From Spirochaetia bacterium (GTDB lineage Bacteria > Spirochaetota > Spirochaetia > UBA9216): DNA of 64,000 nt. Both the position numbers and the translations under genes were made by a program. Every line of letters starts with the position of its first letter. Position 1 is the first letter of the stretch. This document shows, in pieces, positions 57,493 to 64,000 of the stretch. The stretch spans positions 2,720,001-2,784,000 of the forward strand of contig OY776510.1 in NCBI GenBank assembly GCA_963675665.1, in the 5' to 3' direction. The notes under the pieces are model-generated. The model saw only the letters and a list, made by a program, of their open reading frames with translations. It was not told where the DNA came from and did no database searches.

Positions 57493-59220
57493 TTATTTAA
57501 TCGAATACAATGTAATCGGTTTGGATTTTCCCCTTACAATAACCGGATCATTTTTTAATGTTTTTATACTGCCGATGAATTTTTGATCAAGTTGGCTGTA
57601 AGTTGATTCGCTTATCAGAATATCAGTTTCATATACCTTTGTCTGGCTTTCAATTCTTGATGCAAGGTTAACTGTATCCCCGATTACCGTGTATTCCTTT
57701 CGGTCTTCAGACCCGACATTTCCCGCGATCAGAAAACCCGTATGAATTCCTATTCCATGGCGTATCGGCGGATATTTTGCTGCAGCATTGAAATCATCAA
57801 GCTCCTTTCTCATTTCAAGCGCGGCCTTCACAGCAGCTTCTGCATGATTTTCAAGTCCGAACACCGGAGAAAAAACAGCCATTATGCAGTCGCCGATAAA
57901 TTTGTTGATAACGCCCTGATGAAGCGATATAGGTTTGACCATATATGAAAAATAATCATTAAGGAACTCGATAAGCTCGCGCGGGGTGTACCCTTCGCTG
58001 ATTGTGGTAAAACTTCGTATATCGGCGAACATTACAGTTGTTTCAATTTCCTCGCCGGCGAGATCAATTTCATGAGTATCAATAAGTTTTTTGGCTATTT
58101 CGATTGAAACAAATTTTCCAAAGGTATCACGAAGCTTTTCCCTTTCCTCAAGTCCCTCAACCATGGTGTTAAAATGTCCTTTCAGTTTTCCTATTTCATC
58201 TGACGACAGTACGGACGACCTGGTTGTAAAATCACCCTTTGCAACGTCCTGCATTCTCTCTATGAGTATGTTCAGGGGACCCTGGATGTTTTTTCGGAAA
58301 GAGAAAATCGAAAACAGCTGTGCCGTCAGGAAGAACAGGCTGACTATGGTAGTAATAAGCAAGGGACCGAAAATCTGACCCACAGTTACTATATCCAGTT
58401 CCTCTCCGGCTGCCAGGGATTTGAACATCCATGAGTTGAATACAGCCGGAATATAGATACTCAGAAGCAGCGGAATCATGCCGATCGAGATAATCATCAG
58501 CAGAATTCTTGCTGTAAGGTTCATTGTAACCCCGTTTTTTAGGGAGTAAAGTTTGTATTCACGAAAAATCTGGCGTGCTATACCGTTATTAATATATCGG
58601 GTTGTGTACCATGAATTAATAAACCCGGCCAGACTGCCGTACATAAGGAAAGAAGCTATAAGATTGGCTGTAAGCTTTCCGGTTATTTCGATACCGTCAA
58701 TGTCGCGAACCAGCAGTTTTAAGAATAATCCCCAGAGTCCTCCCGCCCAGGGGAGAATGAATATGAATACGGGAAGGTTAAGTACCCGTTTGATTGTTTT
58801 ATCATCGGGTTCATTTTTTCCTTTAAAATTGAATCTGTACACAGGTACAAGGTAAATTATGATGGCAAGAAGCATGAAGAAAGCGGGATTACGCGTGCTG
58901 TAAATCCAGTATTTTTCCTGAAGCCGTTCATCCCATGATTTATCATCTTCAAAACCGAACTTTATTTTAAGTTCATTTTCAAGCTGAAGTTCGGATTTCC
59001 GTATTTCCCCGTGGAACCCCCTGTCTTTTTCCTGGTTTATATCATTTACAAACGGTTGAAGTTTATCGGAATTATCTCTTACAAATTGCACAAGTTCTTC
59101 AAACGGCATGTTTGAATAATGTTCAAATGCTCCTGAAAGGAATGAGCTTGCAATAATTGACAATAGAAAAAAAATGTACAAAGGAATAAACAGTTTCTTC
59201 AGGAATATTTTAATTTTCAT
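57493..59220 (-). CDS. Membrane HAMP-domain class III adenylate/guanylate cyclase
   Basis: Multiple TMs, HAMP 'DEIGKL', 'FADIRSFT', 'KFIGD', 'YTVIGDTVNLASR'. Confidence 0.93.
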   Translation of the reverse strand: MKIKIFLKKLFIPLYIFFLLSIIASSFLSGAFEHYSNMPFEELVQFVRDNSDKLQPFVNDINQEKDRGFHGEIRKSELQLENELKIKFGFEDDKSWDERLQEKYWIYSTRNPAFFMLLAIIIYLVPVYRFNFKGKNEPDDKTIKRVLNLPVFIFILPWAGGLWGLFLKLLVRDIDGIEITGKLTANLIASFLMYGSLAGFINSWYTTRYINNGIARQIFREYKLYSLKNGVTMNLTARILLMIISIGMIPLLLSIYIPAVFNSWMFKSLAAGEELDIVTVGQIFGPLLITTIVSLFFLTAQLFSIFSFRKNIQGPLNILIERMQDVAKGDFTTRSSVLSSDEIGKLKGHFNTMVEGLEEREKLRDTFGKFVSIEIAKKLIDTHEIDLAGEEIETTVMFADIRSFTTISEGYTPRELIEFLNDYFSYMVKPISLHQGVINKFIGDCIMAVFSPVFGLENHAEAAVKAALEMRKELDDFNAAAKYPPIRHGIGIHTGFLIAGNVGSEDRKEYTVIGDTVNLASRIESQTKVYETDILISESTYSQLDQKFIGSIKTLKNDPVIVRGKSKPITLYSIK

Positions 59221-59427
59221 TCAGTTATCGACCTCATTGAGTAATATTATAGACTGTAAAACTATTTAACGACAATAACAAAAACTCTGTCGCCTGCAAG
59301 GCTGAAGTCTGCAGGCGCAAAGTTTCAGGACCGGTCGATAAAGCGTTTATCTAAAATGGTCAAATAATATTTTCAAAGTATAATATCGCTTTTTTATGGT
59401 ATAATGGGCTTAAAATAACAGGAAATA

Positions 59428-60975
59428 ATGGAAATAAAAAAATTATTAAAAGAAGATGTTTCAAATGCCATGGAACTTGTCTCTGAAGCTGCAGCGGCTT
59501 TGTCTGAATCGGGTATTGATCAATGGGATGAGCAATACCCCTCAAATACGGATATAGAATCTGATATCGTAAACGGAGAAGCTTTCGGTCTTTTTGAAAG
59601 CGGAAGGTTGACATCTTACATGGTTTTAAACCAATACAATGACCCACAGTATATTGATATAAAGTTTAAGAGTGATGATACTGGAGCGCTGACCATGCAC
59701 CGTCTGGCCGTGGCTCCTGACAGGCAGCGGCAGGGGCTGGCCGACCGGATGATAAATTTTGCCGAGGATTATGCACGCTCAAACGGTTATGTCAGTATCA
59801 GGCTTGATGCGTTCAGTCTCAACCCGGCAGCGCTCGGATTGTATGAAAAACACAATTATCAGCAGGTGGGGACTGTTTTATTTCGCAAGGGAAGTTTTCA
59901 TATATTTGAAAAGATACTCTCTGAAATAGAATACCGCGATATGTGTGAAGAGGAATCTTCTGTTGTCTTAAAACTTGCCAGATCGGTTTTCCCTTTCTTT
60001 TACCGCCTGTTTATGCGGCATTTCAAAAATGCTGTAATTGCAGTTGAAAACGGCCGGATTATCGGGGGGGCTGTCTGGCACAGGTTCCGGGCTGGAAAAA
60101 ATATTTTCGGATATCTTGATTTTGGTTTCACCGAGAAAGGTCAGCAGGGCCGGGGTATAGGACGGGAAACATATACCCGGGCCATTAATAAAATGAAAGC
60201 GGAAAAATGTAAAACTCTGGGGGCCCTGGTTCTTTGTGATAACACATCATCATGGAAACTGCTTGCCGATAGAGGTTTTGTACGGGCTGACAGAAAAACC
60301 CTGGTAGAAAGACACGGTTGGACCGGTGCAATAAAAATCTTTTTTGAAACCGCATTTGCTTTCTCTCCGGGGGCGGACATCTGGATAACCGAGGCGGAGG
60401 AAAAGAAAAGGTCTTCCGTTTCCGAGATGATGTTACTGGTATTATTGTCCGCATTTATTGCGCTGGCACAGGGACTGTATCTTTACAGGCAGTCCGCCTT
60501 TTACACAGCTGCGGCTGTTTTGACCGTTTATGCTTTCAGGATTTTGCTGTCATATCTTTTTTCGATAAAAATCAGGAAGAACCTGACTTTCCGTTTCTGG
60601 CGAAGCGGCTTGCTGATAACTGCAATTGTCTTTTTTGCCGGGGGCGTATACCCGCCGGGTGGAGATTTCTATCCGTCGGACGTGCGCTGGAGCTATAGTA
60701 AGCACAGAAAACAGCTGGGGCTGATCGGTTTAGGCGGATGGCTTGCAGTGATAATTCTTGCGGCTGTTTTCCTGACAACGGAAAAACTGTTTCCCGGCTT
60801 CAGCCTGATGGTTTCCGGAGTCGAAAAATGGCTTTACATGTTGCTGATAATTAACTGTGTTCCGTTTATAATGGAATCATGGTCCGGGGCCCGCGTCTGG
60901 AAGTGGAATAAAATTGTATTTACAGCTATGGCTTCGGTTTCAATTGTTTTGCTTATCTTCATTTTTACAAACTGA
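59428..60975 (+). CDS. Tandem GNAT domains fused to a C-terminal multi-pass membrane domain
   Basis: GNAT1 'HRLAVAP..QRQG', GNAT2 'QQGRGIG'; C-terminal hydrophobic domain. Confidence 0.8.
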   Translation: MEIKKLLKEDVSNAMELVSEAAAALSESGIDQWDEQYPSNTDIESDIVNGEAFGLFESGRLTSYMVLNQYNDPQYIDIKFKSDDTGALTMHRLAVAPDRQRQGLADRMINFAEDYARSNGYVSIRLDAFSLNPAALGLYEKHNYQQVGTVLFRKGSFHIFEKILSEIEYRDMCEEESSVVLKLARSVFPFFYRLFMRHFKNAVIAVENGRIIGGAVWHRFRAGKNIFGYLDFGFTEKGQQGRGIGRETYTRAINKMKAEKCKTLGALVLCDNTSSWKLLADRGFVRADRKTLVERHGWTGAIKIFFETAFAFSPGADIWITEAEEKKRSSVSEMMLLVLLSAFIALAQGLYLYRQSAFYTAAAVLTVYAFRILLSYLFSIKIRKNLTFRFWRSGLLITAIVFFAGGVYPPGGDFYPSDVRWSYSKHRKQLGLIGLGGWLAVIILAAVFLTTEKLFPGFSLMVSGVEKWLYMLLIINCVPFIMESWSGARVWKWNKIVFTAMASVSIVLLIFIFTN

Positions 60976-61687
60976 GCTCCTGGGCTGATAACCGGGCAGT
61001 TTTTCGGTATTTCAGCAGATTGGCGGCAATATTTAAATGCCATATAACAGTAAAAGGCGCTGCGAATACTATTGCCAGGTATCTTAATTCACCGATAACC
61101 AGTCCGGCAGGAAAATACAGCAGGCCGGTAATGTTGGTAAGCAAACCGAAAGCAAAGGTGTACCCTGAGAAAATATTCAGCCGCCTCATTATGATTGTTA
61201 TAAACAGGCCGAATGAATAAAGCAGCAATACTGAAATCTCGCCTAGAATGAAACAGAAATCCGATCTCAGCAGAATTAAATTCAATTGGTCAATATTTTC
61301 GCGGCCAAAAAACAGGGCCAGGGTCTGGTTGGACGCAATATAAAAACAAAAGCAGCCGGCAATAAGAAGCGCTCCGGTTATGCCGGCCCGTTTATCATGT
61401 TTGTAACAGAAATATAAAACCGGAATGAACATAATCGTAATTAATGCTACGTTTATAATATCAAAGAAATCAAAATATATGAAACCTGCAAGCGGGTTGC
61501 TGAAAAGATCGGTTACAACTGTAGCCGAAACCGGTGCATTAAGCACTTCCTTTGAGATATATCCGAAATACCCGAGCATTGAAGCTTCAGCTGCCAGATT
61601 TCTGCGGAATACAAAAACGGCAATTATTCCGGCGATAGCGCCAGCCATTAAAACTGGTTTAAATTTCTTTCCATGTATATCCATCAA
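60965..61687 (-). CDS. Integral membrane protein (DUF4386-like)
   Basis: Six or more hydrophobic segments; no catalytic motif recognised. Confidence 0.6.
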   Translation of the reverse strand: MMDIHGKKFKPVLMAGAIAGIIAVFVFRRNLAAEASMLGYFGYISKEVLNAPVSATVVTDLFSNPLAGFIYFDFFDIINVALITIMFIPVLYFCYKHDKRAGITGALLIAGCFCFYIASNQTLALFFGRENIDQLNLILLRSDFCFILGEISVLLLYSFGLFITIIMRRLNIFSGYTFAFGLLTNITGLLYFPAGLVIGELRYLAIVFAAPFTVIWHLNIAANLLKYRKTARLSAQELSL

Positions 61688-61717
61688 TATCCCTCAAGGC
61701 TGACAGGTTGAAATTAA

Positions 61718-61918
61718 CTATTCGGTAATTATAAGTTTTGCATAACCCTCGGAAAGGATTATAGCTCCCGGGTCTGTTTCTGCACCGCTGAATGTCGCTC
61801 TAAAATTGTCACCTGCATCTCCGAATTCGGTTATTGTAAACATCAGTTCAAATTCTATAATGGTTTCTTCGGAATAATCAGAGAATGTAAACTCGCCACT
61901 TTGTTTCTCCCCACCTTT
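61718..61918 (-). pseudogene. 5'-truncated gene remnant
   Basis: 66 sense codons (KGGEKQSGEFTFSD...TITEFGDAGDNFRATFSG...KLIITE*) preceded by in-frame TAA, no start/SD. Confidence 0.4.
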
Positions 61919-61992
61919 TTATTAATTTATCATATCATTAATTATGTAATGGGGCTTTCCAAAAACTGCAGTTTTTAGATATTCCCTATAAT

Positions 61993-62022
61993 AAAAAAGC
62001 CGCATCCGAAACCGGAAGCGGC
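61993..62022 (-). terminator. Intrinsic terminator after hcp
   Basis: Minus strand GCCGCTTCCG-GTTT-CGGATGCGGC followed by a T run. Confidence 0.8.
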
Positions 62023-62071
62023 CCGTATCGGCACTTGCCTTAACGTATGTAAAATCCTGTCTGCGGCAGAG

Positions 62072-63715
62072 TTATGCACCCATAAACATCTTAATATCAT
62101 CTTCAACGTTGCCGATTCCGGCAATACCGAAGTTTTCGACAAGGATCTTTGCCACGCCCGGGCTGAGGAAAGCAGGGAGCGTGGGTCCAAGGTGAATGTC
62201 TTTTACACCGAGGTACAAAAGCGCAAGCAGTACTATTACAGCCTTCTGTTCATACCATGCAATATTATATGAAATCGGCAACTCGTTAATATCGTTAAGC
62301 CCGAACACTTCTTTCAGTTTAAGCGCGATGACGGCAAGCGAATATGAATCGTTGCACTGTCCGGCATCAAGAACTCTTGGAATGCCTCCTATATCGTCGA
62401 GCTGAAGCTTGTTGTAGCGGTATTTGGCACATCCTGCAGTCAGTATAATGGTATCGGCAGGAAGTTGTTCTGCAAAATCGGTGTAATAATCCCGGCTTTT
62501 TATCCTGCCGTCGCAGCCTGCCATTACAAAAAATCGTTTGATTGCTCCGGATTTTACTGCGTCAACAACCTTGTCGGCAAGCGCAAGTACCTGGGCGTGC
62601 GCAAACCCGCCTATAATTTCTCCCGATTCAATTTCTAACGGGGGTTCACAGGTTTTGGCCATCTCTATAATTGCGCTGAAGTCCTTTTTGCCCGGTTCGC
62701 CCTGGATATGTTTAACTCCCTCAAACCCTGAAGCTCCGGTTGTAAAAACCCGGTCTTTATAGCTTTCTTTAGGCGGGGTGATGCAGTTTGTTGTAAAAAG
62801 GACAGGCCCGTTAAATGATTCAAACTCTGTATTCTGTTTCCACCAGGCATTGCCGTAATTCCCGATAAAGTGTGTGTAGTTTTTAAAGGCGGGATAATAG
62901 TTGGCAGGCAACATTTCCGAATGGGTATACACATCCACACCTGTTCCCTCAGTCTGCTCGAGCAGTTGTTCCATATCCTTCAGGTCATGACCGCTGATAA
63001 GTATACCGGGATTTTTACCGGTGCCTATATTGACATTTGTTATTTCGGGGTTGCCGTATGTTGCGGTATTTGCCTTGTCCAGCAATGCCATTACATCAAC
63101 CCCGTATTTTCCGCATTCAAGAACAAGAGCCGTCAAATTGTCGGCGTCAAGACTGTCGTCAACCGTGGATGCCAGTCCCCGGTATATAAATCTGAAAATA
63201 TCAGGGTTTTCATAACCGAGGTTTGCGGCATGTTCAGCATAGGCAGCAATTCCCTTAAGGCCGTAAGTCAACAGCTCTCTCAGGGATCTAACATCCTCAT
63301 TTTCTGTTGCAAGAACGCCTACTGTTGCTGCTTTTATATCATATTCAGCTTCAGAACCGGCAGTCCATACTGCGCAATCAGGCAGCCGTTTGCTGAAGTC
63401 GGCTCCGGCATCGACAACACTTTTTTTTAATTTGTCACGAAGCTTGAGCCCTTCGGTGATGTCCTTTACAAAAACGCTTTTATCAAAGTTCGCGTTTGTT
63501 ATAGTTCTGAATAGCCCGTTATATACAAACCTGTCCATATCATCGGTTTTAACCCCGGTTTTTTCGGCTTCAACGGCATAATATGAAATACCCTTAAGCA
63601 CGAAAATTAAAAGATCCTGCATTCCTGCAACATCATCTTTTTTACCGCAGATACCGACTTTGGTACAACCGGTACCTTTTGCAGCTTCCTGACATTGAAA
63701 ACAAAACATCGACAT
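62072..63715 (-). CDS. hcp: Hybrid cluster protein (hydroxylamine/NO reductase)
   Basis: N-terminal 'MFCFQCQE...GCT..GICGK', 'SGHDL', 'YTHSEMLP', 'AGCDG', 'GQCNDS', 'WYEQKA'. Confidence 0.97.
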   Translation of the reverse strand: MSMFCFQCQEAAKGTGCTKVGICGKKDDVAGMQDLLIFVLKGISYYAVEAEKTGVKTDDMDRFVYNGLFRTITNANFDKSVFVKDITEGLKLRDKLKKSVVDAGADFSKRLPDCAVWTAGSEAEYDIKAATVGVLATENEDVRSLRELLTYGLKGIAAYAEHAANLGYENPDIFRFIYRGLASTVDDSLDADNLTALVLECGKYGVDVMALLDKANTATYGNPEITNVNIGTGKNPGILISGHDLKDMEQLLEQTEGTGVDVYTHSEMLPANYYPAFKNYTHFIGNYGNAWWKQNTEFESFNGPVLFTTNCITPPKESYKDRVFTTGASGFEGVKHIQGEPGKKDFSAIIEMAKTCEPPLEIESGEIIGGFAHAQVLALADKVVDAVKSGAIKRFFVMAGCDGRIKSRDYYTDFAEQLPADTIILTAGCAKYRYNKLQLDDIGGIPRVLDAGQCNDSYSLAVIALKLKEVFGLNDINELPISYNIAWYEQKAVIVLLALLYLGVKDIHLGPTLPAFLSPGVAKILVENFGIAGIGNVEDDIKMFMGA

Positions 63716-63797
63716 GAATTATTCTCCCTGAATAAAATTTTTGTTTCATCCCTGAACAAGGATATATCCAGGGTAATCATTATTTGCAGAAAAATCG

Positions 63798-63811
63798 GTA
63801 ACATATGTTAC
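63798..63811. promoter_or_regulatory. Putative HcpR-type operator upstream of hcp
   Basis: Perfect palindrome GTAAC-ATAT-GTTAC about 85 bp upstream of hcp start. Confidence 0.7.
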
Positions 63812-63876
63812 AGAAGGTGAAAATTATTTTTTTAAAAAAAGGCGCCTTATATTATTCAAAGGACTTGACACTAAAA

Positions 63877-63893
63877 GTATAACGCTGTTATAC
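63877..63893. promoter_or_regulatory. Putative TetR autoregulatory operator overlapping promoter
   Basis: GTATAAC-GCT-GTTATAC between TTGACA (63865) and the ATG at 63901. Confidence 0.65.
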
Positions 63894-63900
63894 ATGACTA

Positions 63901-64000
63901 ATGAAACGTGAGGTTAAAGCGCAGCAGATAAAGAACTCATTTATTGCAGAGGCGTTCGATATGATCCGGCGGAACGGTCCGGAAAGCGTATCCGCCCGTA
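63901..64000 (+). CDS. TetR/AcrR family regulator, N-terminus (runs off window)
   Basis: MKREVKAQQIKNSFIAEAFDMIRRNGPESVSAR..., typical TetR helix 1 to HTH. Confidence 0.75.
   Translation, partial: MKREVKAQQIKNSFIAEAFDMIRRNGPESVSAR

Noticed and set aside
1-64000. tRNA, rRNA, prophage or CRISPR-Cas loci
   Set aside because: None recognised by eye; intergenic spaces are short and accounted for. A tRNAscan/Rfam run would be needed to exclude small RNAs formally.

Overview
64 kb of a bacterial chromosome, most likely from an anaerobic free-living spirochaete. The clues are a bS22-type small ribosomal protein, a MurE with DEDPR plus a FemX-like ligase, hcp/HcpR and a 2[4Fe-4S] ferredoxin; the taxonomy is inferred. 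Most of the window is housekeeping and metabolism: hisI-hisG, dinB, ddl, murE/murD, queD, an orphan N6-adenine DNA methyltransferase, mgsA/VOC, a DEAD-box helicase, hflKC, metG, pyk, leuB, a polar amino-acid ABC transporter, an MttB-like protein, a self-contained galactitol-type PTS operon, signalling genes, GNATs and hcp. The most striking element is a ~1.38 kb IS110-family element (43841-45224) inserted exactly in the Shine-Dalgarno of the PTS IIB gene. Its ~210 nt non-coding end contains two repeated hairpin/guide modules typical of a bridge RNA. Their guide segments match the element's own junction and a Shine-Dalgarno/start-codon target, and the element's end rebuilds the interrupted RBS. 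Other notable items: an in-frame leader ORF duplicating the N-terminus of an MFS transporter, several apparently leaderless promoters, a candidate sRNA and a structured leader at 52.1-52.5 kb, a J-like/LRR protein and a GNAT-GNAT/pseudo-M50 fusion. All alignments and folds were done by eye; no searches were run.
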